Under the pieces are notes generated by a model. The model was not told where the DNA came from and ran no database searches. It saw only the letters and a program-made list of their open reading frames with translations. From positions 2,613 through 66,612 of the forward strand of contig JANRKY010000294.1 in NCBI GenBank assembly GCA_033763135.1: 64,000 nt of DNA, in the 5' to 3' direction. Shown one piece after another: positions 22,678 to 32,061 of the stretch (positions within the stretch are counted from its first letter, which is position 1; each line of letters begins with the position of its first letter). The position numbers were made by a program, and so were the translations under genes. This DNA comes from Blastocatellia bacterium. GTDB lineage: Bacteria; Acidobacteriota; Blastocatellia; RBC074.

Positions 22678-24096
22678 ATGAAATTCAAATTTCGCGTCGC
22701 CCCGCACCGGGTTGCGCGGTGGTCTTTCGCGTTTGTTCTGTTGTGTTTGACGGGCGTCTCCGCTGTCGCCGATGGCGTGGATGACTATGTGCAAAAGCTG
22801 ATGGCGAGTCGCCATATTCCGGGCGCGTCGGTCGCCGTGATAAAAGACGGAAAGCCGGTGCTGCTCAAGGGGTACGGGCAGGCGAATGTCGAACTCGGCG
22901 TGATGGCGACGGAAAATACGGCATATCAACTGGCTTCGGTGACGAAACAGTTTACCGCCACCGCGATCATGATGCTGGCTGAAGACGGCAAGCTTGCGCT
23001 CGACGACAGACTGCCGAAGTTTTTCGATCGGTTGCCCGCCGCGTGGAGCAATGTCACGGTGCGGCAATTGCTCAACCACACGTCCGGCATCAGGAGCTAT
23101 ACGAATCTGCCCGATTTCGACAAAACGCTGCGGCAGGATTTCAGCAAAGAGGCCATTCTCAAGATGTCGGCCGACGCGCCGGTCGAGTTCGCGCCGGGGG
23201 AGAAATACAACTACAACAACACGGGCTATTATCTGCTGGGGATGATCATCGAGAAAGCGTCGGGCAAGGAGTATGGCGCGTTTTTGACGGAGCGCATCTT
23301 CCAGCCGCTCGGGATGACCGCGACGCGCCTGAACGATTTGCGCGACGTCATCAACGGGCGCGCCGCCGGCTATGCCTGGGAAGCCGGCAGACTGCGCAAC
23401 GGCGAATACGTCAGTCCGACGCAGCCCTTTTCGGCGGGGGCGCTGATCTCGACCGTCGTGGATATGGCGAAATGGGACGCGGCGCTCTACACGGACAAAC
23501 TGCTCAAGCGCGCGAGCCTGGAGCAGATGTGGACGCCGGAGAAATTGAACGACGGGAAGCCGCTCGCCTATGGGTATGGTTGGGGCGTGGACATCTATCG
23601 CACGCGCAAACGAATCAGCCACGGCGGCGGCATCAACGGCTTCTCGACCTTCATCGCGCGGTTCGTGGACGACAAGCTCACCGTCGTCGTGCTGACCAAT
23701 TCTGAGAGCGGCGACGCGGGCGCGCTGGCAAACGGCATTGCGGAATTCTACATCCCTGCGCTGGCTGAAAACGCGCCCAAAGCCATCGCCGACAACGATC
23801 CGAAACTGACCGCCTTTTTGAAAGAGGTCATCGCCAGCCTTGCCAACGGCGAAGGCAATCCCGACTGGTTTACGCCCGAAGCGCGCGCGATGCTCTTTCC
23901 CGATCGGATCAGGCAGGGCAGGCAGATGATGGGTGCGCACGGGCCCTTGAACGCCTTTGAGTTGCAGGAAGACCGCACGGAGAGCGGCGTGCGGCGGCGC
24001 GCTTACAAAGCCGTCTTCGGCGACTTCGCCTTGCGTTGCGGATTCACGCTCGCGGCCGACGGCAAGATCGCGGGCGTCGGGATGCGTCCGCTGTAA
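22678..24096 (+). CDS. Serine hydrolase, beta-lactamase/PBP4* fold (class C-like)
   Basis: Signal peptide. S-x-x-K is ASVTKQF, Y-x-N is YNNTGY, and HGG sits at the KTG position (SHGGGINGF). Confidence 0.85.
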   Translation: MKFKFRVAPHRVARWSFAFVLLCLTGVSAVADGVDDYVQKLMASRHIPGASVAVIKDGKPVLLKGYGQANVELGVMATENTAYQLASVTKQFTATAIMMLAEDGKLALDDRLPKFFDRLPAAWSNVTVRQLLNHTSGIRSYTNLPDFDKTLRQDFSKEAILKMSADAPVEFAPGEKYNYNNTGYYLLGMIIEKASGKEYGAFLTERIFQPLGMTATRLNDLRDVINGRAAGYAWEAGRLRNGEYVSPTQPFSAGALISTVVDMAKWDAALYTDKLLKRASLEQMWTPEKLNDGKPLAYGYGWGVDIYRTRKRISHGGGINGFSTFIARFVDDKLTVVVLTNSESGDAGALANGIAEFYIPALAENAPKAIADNDPKLTAFLKEVIASLANGEGNPDWFTPEARAMLFPDRIRQGRQMMGAHGPLNAFELQEDRTESGVRRRAYKAVFGDFALRCGFTLAADGKIAGVGMRPL

Positions 24097-24248
24097 GCCG
24101 CCAAACGGATTGGCCTGAAGTCGAGTTCAGTTGTTGCGCGGCAGAATTGAATTCCTGGCACATCTCGCCCAGCGCCACGCGAAATAGCGCGCATGGCGCT
24201 GGGCGTGGGCGCCACCTTGAATTTTTCCAGGTCAAGCCCGCGTCGGCG

Positions 24249-24497
24249 TCATGACGGCGCCAGTTGCAGATACAGCCAGGCGCGCGCCTGCCGCCAGTCG
24301 CTATGGACCGTGCTGGGCGATACCTGCAACACCGCGGCGGTCTCTTCCACGCTCAGGCCGCCGAAATAGCGCAGTTCGACGACCCGACTCTGCCGCGCGT
24401 CGAGCGCCGCCAGCCGGTCCAGGGCCTCGTCGAGCGCGATGATCTCCGCGGCCTGCTCCTCCGCCTGCTCCATGGCCTGGCTGAGCGATAGGTGCAC
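24249..24497 (-). pseudogene. Remnant of an ECF sigma-70 factor (region 4 only)
   Basis: VHLSLSQAME..LDEALDRLAALDARQSRVVELRYFGGLSVEETAAVLQVSPSTVHSDWRQARAWLYLQL matches the C-terminal ~80 aa of the acidobacterial/planctomycete ECF type. The open frame upstream (to the stop at 24687-24689) has no region 2 and no ATG/GTG/TTG. Confidence 0.6.
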
Positions 24498-24729
24498 CGC
24501 GCCAGCGCTCCGGTTGTCGCTTTCCCGCCCGGGCTCACTTCCATCATCCTGAAAAAGATTCTGAATCTCCGCGAAAAAAAATCGGATCGGCTGAAGTTTT
24601 TCGGTTTGCGCTACGCGATTACTGATGAGAGGGAATATGCGAGTCTCCCGCGATCGTCGTGAACGCTTTCGGAGGCGAAATCCCTTTCATTAGTCGGCGT
24701 ACGGCAAATTTTTAATCAAGGAGCATCCC

Positions 24730-24978
24730 ATGGACGATTCAATCATGGATGGAGGATTTCAGTCGAGCTGGATGGAGTTGATTGCGTGGCTGGATTGGTT
24801 GCAGCCCTTTCTGTATTGCCTGCTGGGGATCGTCGTCGTCTGTCTGCTGCTGGCCCTGCTCGATCTGGCGTTCCTGTGCTGGAAGGGATTTCGCTCTCCA
24901 CAGGCGCAACGAACACGCAACGACCACAAGAAGGCGGCGCCGGCGAGCGAGGTCGGGGAGGCCTCTCAGGCTGCGTGA
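24730..24978 (+). CDS. Small hypothetical membrane protein (82 aa)
   Basis: AAGGAG lies 7 nt upstream of the ATG. One clear TM segment is present (FLYCLLGIVVVCLLLALLDLAFLCW). No family recognised. Confidence 0.4.
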   Translation: MDDSIMDGGFQSSWMELIAWLDWLQPFLYCLLGIVVVCLLLALLDLAFLCWKGFRSPQAQRTRNDHKKAAPASEVGEASQAA

Positions 24979-25040
24979 ATTATTTCATTCGTTTCCGAGG
25001 GAGAGTCCGGCGCTTTTACGTTGGTGTAAGATGATTGGAG

Positions 25041-25181
25041 ATGGTCGACCTCCAACTGGAGCGCGGCGCGAACCTGAAACTGAAAACCACAGCGGGCTGG
25101 ATGGCGCTGACCACGGCGTGCGGCGGGGGATTTGATGCTATAACGCTCTTCGCCGTCGCGCGAGGCCGCGCGTGGTTGTGA
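25041..25181 (+). pseudogene. Ankyrin-repeat fragment (about 1.3 repeats), below the ORF-track size cut-off
   Basis: My own translation gives MVDLQLERGANLKLKTTAGWMALTTACGGGFDAITLFAVARGRAWL*. This fits the ankyrin consensus (..LLxxGAxxNxxxxxGxTALxxAxxxG..). A stop lies 2 codons upstream of the ATG. Confidence 0.35.
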
Positions 25182-25302
25182 GATTCCTGAACTGCTCGCA
25201 CATCGATTCTCCTTCTGCGGGTGAGGTCGCATTCATTTGCAACGCGCTATAACCCGCTTCACAGTGACTTCAATCATGTCACGAACATACAGGCAGCAGC
25301 AT

Positions 25303-26316
25303 ATGCAGAGACGCGAATTTATCGTCAGAAGCGCATTGGCGATGGCTGGATGCGCAATTCAAACCGTTGCGGCGCCGCGCGCCAAGGTGATGACCGTGCG
25401 AGGGCAGATGACTGCGGCGTCGCTCGGGGCCGTGTTGATGCACGAGCATGTGATGGTGGATTTTATCGGCGCGGACAAGGTCGATCCGAACCGGTACAAT
25501 CGCGATGAAGTCTTTCGCACCGCCTTGCCATTCCTGCAACAAGCCGCACAAAACGGCGTCAAAACCCTGGTTGAATGCACACCCGCGTGGTTGGGGCGTG
25601 ATCCCGAGTTGCTGCGTCGATTGGCGGCGGCAAGCAAACTGAACATCATTACGAACACGGGCTACTATGGCGCGGCAAACGATAAATTTGTCCCCGCGCA
25701 CGCCTATCAGGAATCCGCCGAACAATTGGCCGATCGTTGGACTAAGGAATTCCGTGTCGGCATTGACGGTACAGGCATCAAACCCGGCATCATCAAAATC
25801 GGCGTGGATTCGGGCCCGTTGTCAGAGATTGACGCGAAACTGGTGAAGGCCGCCGCGCTGACGCATTTGCAAACAGGGTTGACGATTGGCGCGCACACGG
25901 GCAATGGCGTAGCGGCGATGGCGCAACTGGATTTGCTCGACAGCCTCGGCGTTGATCCGGGCGCGTTTATCTGGATTCACGCACAGAACGAAAAAGACCC
26001 TGCGGTGCATCGTCGCGCGGCAGCGCGCGGTTGCTGGGTCGAATTCGACGGCATCCATCCGAACAGCGCCGCCAGACACGCGGAGTATGTGATGAATCTG
26101 GCGCAACACAATCTGCTCGGTCGCGCGCTGGTTTCGATGGATGCAGGCTGGTATCACGTCGGCGAACCGAACGGCGGCACTTATCGAGACTATGACAGTC
26201 TTTTTACTGATTTCCTGCCGATGTTGAAAAAGCGGCTAAACCCGAAGCAAATTCAGCAATTGTTGAACGGAAATCCGCAACAGGCTTTGAGTTTGGGGAT
26301 CAGGCGCGCGAAATAA
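25303..26316 (+). CDS. Phosphotriesterase-family amidohydrolase (PTE/PLL-like), Tat signal
   Basis: Tat motif MQRREFIVRSALAMAG. The binuclear-metal ligand pattern is conserved relative to Brevundimonas PTE: MHEHV, IIKIGV (carbamyl-Lys position), GAHTG, IWIHAQ and SMDAGW. The start could also be 25276 or 25237. Confidence 0.85.
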   Translation: MQRREFIVRSALAMAGCAIQTVAAPRAKVMTVRGQMTAASLGAVLMHEHVMVDFIGADKVDPNRYNRDEVFRTALPFLQQAAQNGVKTLVECTPAWLGRDPELLRRLAAASKLNIITNTGYYGAANDKFVPAHAYQESAEQLADRWTKEFRVGIDGTGIKPGIIKIGVDSGPLSEIDAKLVKAAALTHLQTGLTIGAHTGNGVAAMAQLDLLDSLGVDPGAFIWIHAQNEKDPAVHRRAAARGCWVEFDGIHPNSAARHAEYVMNLAQHNLLGRALVSMDAGWYHVGEPNGGTYRDYDSLFTDFLPMLKKRLNPKQIQQLLNGNPQQALSLGIRRAK

Positions 26317-26336
26317 CGCCGGTTGCATTCATCGTA

Positions 26337-26572
26337 TTGATCGTCGTTTCGGCCAGCGGCATGGGATTCAAGGAAATGGTTTTGCCACGAAGAAACGAAG
26401 AACACGAAGAAAATCGGGAGAACATCTTCCTGTTCTTCGTTTTTTCGTGGTGAATTTTCTTGCGCTTGTCAGCCCGCTGGCCGAAACGATGGGGGGAGAT
26501 CGGCCATAGAGCCACAGAGGCGCGGAGAAAGTCGGAAAACAGAGTCGTCTCCGTTATCGGCTCTGTGGCTAA
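26337..26572. repeat. Composite tandem-word hairpin element, family B, copy 1
   Basis: The 19-mer TTGATCGTCGTTTCGGCCA (26337-26355) is identical to 55358-55376. A perfect 15-bp outer stem (26345-26359 / 26474-26488) encloses an ACGAAGA-word hairpin (26385-26450). A GCCACAGAG hairpin follows (about 26506-26572). Confidence 0.7.
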
Positions 26573-26602
26573 ACTCAAACTCAAAACGGAGGTGGGGACT
26601 AT

Positions 26603-28264
26603 ATGAACACGCGAATCAAAATCGGTTGCTATGTTTTCCTGATGATCGTCCTGCTTTCATCTGTCTTGTTCGCGCAAGCTCTCGAACAAGCCAGGGTCGT
26701 CGCGGGCGCGGATCGAGCCGTCGAAAAAGCCGCCAAGCTCTCCCCGGCCTCTGCGCCGGGGTGCGCCGTTGGCGTTTCGCTCTCCGGCCGTTCCGTTTTT
26801 GAAAAAGCGTTCGGCATGGCGGAAATCGAACACGCAGTTCCCAACACGCCGCAGACCATTTTTGAATCCGGCTCGGTGGCAAAGCAGTTCACTGCCGCGG
26901 CCGTCATTCTGCTTTCGCTGGAGGGAAAACTGGGGCTGGACGATCCGGTCAGAAAGTACATCCCGGAATTGCCGGAGTACGGCGCGCCGCTGACGATTCG
27001 CCATCTGCTGAATCACACCGCCGGATTGCGCGATTGGGGATCGGTGATGGCGCTGACGGGATTTGGCCGAGGCGACCGCATGATTTCGCAGGCGTTGGCG
27101 ATGGATGTCATCACGCGTCAAAAAGGCCTGGATTTCACGCCCGGCGCGGAATACTCGTATTCCAACAGCGGGTATCAGGTGGCGGCGACGATTGTCGAAC
27201 GCGTATCGAAACAGAGTTTTCCGGCGTTTACGGAAGAGCGGTTTTTCAAACCGCTGGGAATGACGAAAACAAGCTGGCGCGATGATTATCAGCGGCTGAT
27301 TCCCGGTCGCGCTCAGGCGTATACGGGAGCGCTCGCCGGGCCGTGGCGATTGCTCATGCCGTATATGAATGTGTACGGCAACGGCGGAATGCTGACCACC
27401 GTCGGCGATTGGCTGAAATGGAACGCCATGCTTGATTCGCGTTCGATGGGCGCTCCGCTGGTGGATGCGCTGGAAACGACCGGCGTGTTGAACGATGGCC
27501 GAAAGATCCGTTACGCGCTGGGCGTCGTCGTCGCCAACGAACGCGGCCATCGCCAGGTCTCCCACGGCGGTTCGACCGCGGGCTATCAAACGTTCCTGTC
27601 GCGGTATCCTGACCTCAAGCTTTCCATCGCCGTGATGTGCAACGGCGCGTCCAGAAACCCCGCCGCCTTGGAACGAGACATTTTCAACGAAATCGTCGGC
27701 CCTTTTCCCGCGCCAGCGCCTCCCGACGCCGTCGAGTTGAAACCCGAGGAATTGCAGAAGTATGCAGCCTTGTGGCGCCACGAAAAAACGCATATGCCGG
27801 AACGGACCGTGATCGAAAAGGGTGCGCTGCGGCTGGCTGGCCAGGCCGTGCTGCGTCCGTTGCGGGACGGATCGTTTCTGAGCGGATCAACGAAGATTCG
27901 TTTTCAGATGGGAACGGATGGCAAGCCGGTCTCCGTCGAAGTCGACACGGGTGAAGCCATCAATCGGTATCTTGCCGAAACCCAATGGACGCCCACGGCG
28001 GATGAGCTGAAATCCCTGGCTGGGGGCTGGCACAGCGACGAAGCCGACGCATCGTTCACCATCGCGGTGGAAGACGGCAAGGCGTTTTTTGTCCAGCGAC
28101 CAACCACCCGCCTTCAACTGCGTCCGCAATTCAAAGATCATTTCAGCATCGGACCTGGCCAGGTGATTTGGGCAACGCGCGATTCCAACGGACGAATCAC
28201 GAAATTGCACTATGGCGCGTCCCGCATGCGCGATATGCCTTTTGAACGGGTCGGCGTGAAATGA
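26603..28264 (+). CDS. Serine hydrolase, beta-lactamase fold, with a C-terminal extension
   Basis: Signal peptide. S-x-x-K is SGSVAKQF, Y-x-N is YSNSGY, and HGG is SHGGSTAGY. 553 aa. Confidence 0.85.
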   Translation: MNTRIKIGCYVFLMIVLLSSVLFAQALEQARVVAGADRAVEKAAKLSPASAPGCAVGVSLSGRSVFEKAFGMAEIEHAVPNTPQTIFESGSVAKQFTAAAVILLSLEGKLGLDDPVRKYIPELPEYGAPLTIRHLLNHTAGLRDWGSVMALTGFGRGDRMISQALAMDVITRQKGLDFTPGAEYSYSNSGYQVAATIVERVSKQSFPAFTEERFFKPLGMTKTSWRDDYQRLIPGRAQAYTGALAGPWRLLMPYMNVYGNGGMLTTVGDWLKWNAMLDSRSMGAPLVDALETTGVLNDGRKIRYALGVVVANERGHRQVSHGGSTAGYQTFLSRYPDLKLSIAVMCNGASRNPAALERDIFNEIVGPFPAPAPPDAVELKPEELQKYAALWRHEKTHMPERTVIEKGALRLAGQAVLRPLRDGSFLSGSTKIRFQMGTDGKPVSVEVDTGEAINRYLAETQWTPTADELKSLAGGWHSDEADASFTIAVEDGKAFFVQRPTTRLQLRPQFKDHFSIGPGQVIWATRDSNGRITKLHYGASRMRDMPFERVGVK

Positions 28265-28421
28265 AGCTGGGAACGTGTTGGGAACTGATTTGATTGTCCG
28301 GAATTCAGATTGCGATCGAGGGCGCGAGGTCTATTGAAAATTGCGATTGGATCGGTAATAGTTGTCGTCATTCGGGCCGGCAGTATGACAGAGATCCAGG
28401 ATCGATTATCAGTATTCAAAT

Positions 28422-30662
28422 ATGAAGTTGCTCGCCGACGCACAAGCCGCCCTTGAACGCCATTTCGGTTTCAGCCGTTTCCGGGAAGGTCAATCCGAAG
28501 TCATCGAGTCCGTCCTCGAAGGCCGCGACGTGATCGTCGTCATGCCGACGGGGGGCGGAAAATCGCTCTGTTATCAGTTGCCGGCGCTGCTTTTCGAAGG
28601 GGTGACGCTGGTGATTTCGCCGTTGATCGCGCTGATGAAGGATCAGGTGGACGCGCTCCATGCGCGGGAGATCCCGGCGACGTTCATCAACAGTTCGATC
28701 AGTCCGGATGAGCAGATGGGGCGATTGCGGGCGGCGGCGCGGGGCGAGTACCGGATGGTCTATGTCGCGCCGGAGCGGTTTCGGAATGCGCGTTTCATCG
28801 AGATGCTCAAGGCGGAGGCGACGATCTCGCTCTTTGCGGTGGATGAGGCGCATTGCATCTCGCAGTGGGGGCATGATTTTCGGCCCGACTATCTGCGGCT
28901 GCGCGAGGCGGTGGAGGAGCTGGGGCGTCCGCAGGTAATCGCGCTGACGGCGACGGCGACGCCGGCCGTCCGGGCCGACATTGCGGGACAGCTGGCGCTG
29001 CGCGAGCCGGCGAGTTTTGTTGCGGGGTTCGATCGCCACAATCTGATTCTGCGGGTCGAGCCCTGCAAGACGGATCAGGACCGCATTAAGAAGGCCTGGC
29101 AGGTGGCGCGGAAATCGAACGGCCCGGGGATCGTCTATTGCGCGACGCGAAAGGGCGTCGATCAGGTGGCGGCGAGTCTGCGGCATATGGGATTGAATGT
29201 CGCGCAGTATCACGCCGGGATGGCGGAGGGCGCGCGGTCGCGGGCGCAGGATGCCTTCATGGCCGGCGAACTCGAAGCCATTGTCGCAACCAATGCCTTC
29301 GGGATGGGGGTGGACAAGGCCGATCTGCGCTTCGTCACGCACTATCAACTGCCGGGATCGATCGAGGCCTATTATCAGGAGGTCGGCCGCGCCGGCCGCG
29401 ACGGCCTGCCCTCGCTCTGCACGCTGCTCTTCAATTACATCGACACGCGGGTGCACGAATTTTTCATCGATGGGAACTATCCGCCGCAATCGATCATCGA
29501 GCGGGTCTATGCGCTGTTGCTCGAGTCGGGGCAGGAGGTGGTGTCGGTGACGGCCGGGGAGCTCGCCCGCCGGCTCGGATTGAAGAACGAGATGGCGGTC
29601 ACGTCGGCGCTCGTCTATCTGGAAAAGGCGGGGCACATCATGCGCGGGCAGGGAATCCGGATGCTCGACGGCGTGCCTGTGCCGGAGCTGCGCGTCGATT
29701 GGCGCGATATCGCGCGGCGGGAGGCGATGGACCGGAAGAAGCTTCGCGAGATGGTCGATTTCGGGTATCACGAGGATTGTCTCCGCGAGTACATTCTGCG
29801 CTATTTCGGCGATCGCAAGCCCGTCGCCAACTGCCGCTGTTCCAACTGTCAACCTCGCCTGAAGTGGGGAAAAATTCTCGAAGACGAAGTGGAGAACGCC
29901 GGCGAGAGCCGGCCCTCCGCGCGGCGGCGGGAGCGGGAGCCCCAGCTCGTCGCGGGGCCGCGCGCGCTGACGGATGCCGAGCACCTCGCGGCGCGCAAGA
30001 TTCTGGCCTGCGTCGCCCGCGTCGAGAACCGGTTCGGCAAGAGCGTCGTCGCGGCGGTGCTTCGCGGCTCGAAGGCGAAACACATTGTGGCGAATGAACT
30101 CGATCAGCTCTCGACTTACGGGCTGCTCGCCGAATATTCGCAGGACGACCTGACGCGCTTCATCAACGCGCTGATCCTGGCCAATTGCGTGAAGCAGACC
30201 AGCGGGGCCTATCCGACGGTCTCGCTGACGACGCTCGGCCGCGCGGTCATGCTCGATCAGGCCCGCGTCGAACTCGATCTGGACGCCGTCGAGGCCGACA
30301 CGACCGACGAGGAGATCCCGCTTCCGCCCGCGAGCGAAAAGGTTCCATCGTCTTATGATGTGACCTATGAACTCTATCGCCGCGGATTGACGATCCCCGA
30401 GATCGCCGCCGAGCGCAGGCTGAAGCCGAAGACGATCGAGGAGCACATGGCGGCGCTGATCGAGGAGGGGCGCGAGGTCTCGCTCGAGGACATTGTCACG
30501 GCGGAGGACCGCGCGCTGATCGAGGCCGCAGCCGCGGCCTGCGGCCTGCAATTGCTGCGTCCCATCAAGGATGCGCTTCCCGAGCGGATCGAGTACGGTC
30601 AGATCCGACTCGTGGTCGCCTCTCTGCGGCGCCGGCAAGCCGGTTCGGCGGAGTCTGGATGA
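28422..30662 (+). CDS. recQ: ATP-dependent DNA helicase RecQ (long form with a C-terminal HTH-like module)
   Basis: FGFSRFREGQSEVIESVLEGRDVIVVMPTGGGKSLCYQLPAL, DEAHCISQWGHDFRPDY, TATAT and the Zn-finger Cys cluster (CRCSNC). The C-terminal YELYRRGLTIPEIAAERRLKPKTIEEH is HTH-like. Confidence 0.92.
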   Translation: MKLLADAQAALERHFGFSRFREGQSEVIESVLEGRDVIVVMPTGGGKSLCYQLPALLFEGVTLVISPLIALMKDQVDALHAREIPATFINSSISPDEQMGRLRAAARGEYRMVYVAPERFRNARFIEMLKAEATISLFAVDEAHCISQWGHDFRPDYLRLREAVEELGRPQVIALTATATPAVRADIAGQLALREPASFVAGFDRHNLILRVEPCKTDQDRIKKAWQVARKSNGPGIVYCATRKGVDQVAASLRHMGLNVAQYHAGMAEGARSRAQDAFMAGELEAIVATNAFGMGVDKADLRFVTHYQLPGSIEAYYQEVGRAGRDGLPSLCTLLFNYIDTRVHEFFIDGNYPPQSIIERVYALLLESGQEVVSVTAGELARRLGLKNEMAVTSALVYLEKAGHIMRGQGIRMLDGVPVPELRVDWRDIARREAMDRKKLREMVDFGYHEDCLREYILRYFGDRKPVANCRCSNCQPRLKWGKILEDEVENAGESRPSARRREREPQLVAGPRALTDAEHLAARKILACVARVENRFGKSVVAAVLRGSKAKHIVANELDQLSTYGLLAEYSQDDLTRFINALILANCVKQTSGAYPTVSLTTLGRAVMLDQARVELDLDAVEADTTDEEIPLPPASEKVPSSYDVTYELYRRGLTIPEIAAERRLKPKTIEEHMAALIEEGREVSLEDIVTAEDRALIEAAAAACGLQLLRPIKDALPERIEYGQIRLVVASLRRRQAGSAESG

Positions 30663-30794
30663 AAAGACTTGCTGGCGGCGCGGCGAATATGCTACACAAC
30701 CCGATCACCTCACGCGAAAATTTCCGCCGAAGCCCCTGCGAAGCCCTGAAGATTTGAAAAAAGAAACGCCATTTGGAAAGTTGAGCCGGAATTT

Positions 30795-31313
30795 ATGACA
30801 GCAACAGCACCAGCACGCGCGCGCAGAGCCGCGTTGGATGAGAACCGAATTCGGACGATCTGTCTGACAGTGCAGCCGATGACCCCCGAGGCCTTTGCGC
30901 CCTATGGCGAGATGATTGGCGAGCGCGGCGAGATCGAGGTCGATTTGGGCGGCGGGCGCGCGAGCGTTGCCGCGCAGACCGTCGAGGCGCGACCGCTGCG
31001 CTTCGATTTTCTGGGGCGCCACGAGCAGACCGAGCAGGTCTTTTCGCCGCTCGGGGCCGGGCAGTCGATCATTGCCCTCGCGCCGCCGAGCGAAGGGAAC
31101 AGCCAGGTCCCCGACCTGCAGCGGATGGCCGCGTTTCTGGTGGATGGCGCGAGCGCGTTCAAGCTTCATCGAGGATGCTGGCACACGAGCGTCTTTCCGC
31201 TCGCCGAGCGCGCCACCTTTCTGGTGATGGATCGCGAAGGGACGCTGGAGAACGACTTCGATCTTCGCGATCTGAAGACGTCGCTGGGCGTCGTCGTCGA
31301 GATCCAACTCTGA
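30795..31313 (+). CDS. Ureidoglycolate lyase/hydrolase-family (cupin-like) protein
   Basis: 172 aa. PMTPEAFAPYGEMI, HEQTEQVFSPL and FKLHRGCWH resemble the Ureidogly_lyase family pattern. Called by eye only. Confidence 0.55.
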   Translation: MTATAPARARRAALDENRIRTICLTVQPMTPEAFAPYGEMIGERGEIEVDLGGGRASVAAQTVEARPLRFDFLGRHEQTEQVFSPLGAGQSIIALAPPSEGNSQVPDLQRMAAFLVDGASAFKLHRGCWHTSVFPLAERATFLVMDREGTLENDFDLRDLKTSLGVVVEIQL

Positions 31314-31358
31314 CGAGAGCCGGGGAACCGGGATCGAAGCCCGGGCCTTTTGAATCTC

Positions 31359-31627
31359 AGAGGTTGTTTGAAAAGTACTGGAACACAACCCGCGAAGCGG
31401 GTGGCAGCGTAAAGCCTGGGGTGGAGGCGAAGCCGGAACCCCAGGGATGCGTTGAAAAGTCGGCCGAGCCCGCGAAGCGGGCGACAGCCCAGGGGCTGTC
31501 GCCCGCTTCGCGGGCTCGATCTCTCTTTCCGTCGTTTCCTGGGGTTCCGCGCTTTGCGCTCCACCCCAGGCTTTACGCTATCGCCTGCTTCGCAGGCTCC
31601 CGGAATCGTACTTTTCAAACAGCCTCT
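31359..31627. repeat. Nested-palindrome MITE/REP-like element, copy 2
   Basis: TIRs are AGAGGTTGTTTGAAAAGTAC and GTACTTTTCAAACAGCCTCT. The internal arms are the same as in copy 1. The central hairpin GAGCCCGCGAAGCGGGCGACAGC..GCTGTCGCCCGCTTCGCGGGCTC carries compensatory differences from copy 1. Confidence 0.85.
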
Positions 31628-31674
31628 CATTTTGGCATTTCGCCTGAAATATATCTTTTAAGGAGAGGTTGTTC

Positions 31675-32061
31675 GTGTCTATTCGTAAATCAGCGTTGGG
31701 CGTTTTTCTGATGGGAGTCCTGTTTCTTGCCGCCTGCGGCGGCGGCGGCAGCACGGTCGTTTCGGAGTCTTCGCCGGCGGCTTCGCCGCAGGGCGGACAG
31801 GCGGCGACAGCGCCCGCGGCGGTGAGCGCGTCGCCTGTGACGGCGCCGTCGCCTTCGCCGACGATGAATCCGACGATGAAGCAGGCGGCCGCGCAGCCGG
31901 GCGTCCCGGTCCCGATTCCCGAGTCGGTTCGCCGGCCGATGACCCAGGAAGAGATGCAGAAGGCGATGCAGGCGCTTCCGCCGGAGGTTCGCCAGCGGAT
32001 TATGGGGATGCAGCCCGCGCCCGGCGCCGCTCCGCAGGCGCAGCCGACCCGAAAACCGTAA
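31675..32061 (+). CDS. Pro/Ala-rich lipoprotein (hypothetical)
   Basis: AAGGAGAGG lies upstream of GTG 31675. Lipobox is LFLAAC|GGGG. The mature part is low-complexity and Ala/Pro-rich. Confidence 0.6.
   Translation: MSIRKSALGVFLMGVLFLAACGGGGSTVVSESSPAASPQGGQAATAPAAVSASPVTAPSPSPTMNPTMKQAAAQPGVPVPIPESVRRPMTQEEMQKAMQALPPEVRQRIMGMQPAPGAAPQAQPTRKP

Noticed and set aside
28416-30638. 740-aa ORF antisense to recQ
   Set aside because: The recQ helicase motifs are unambiguous on the plus strand. The antisense product is Arg/Leu/Pro-rich and low-complexity.
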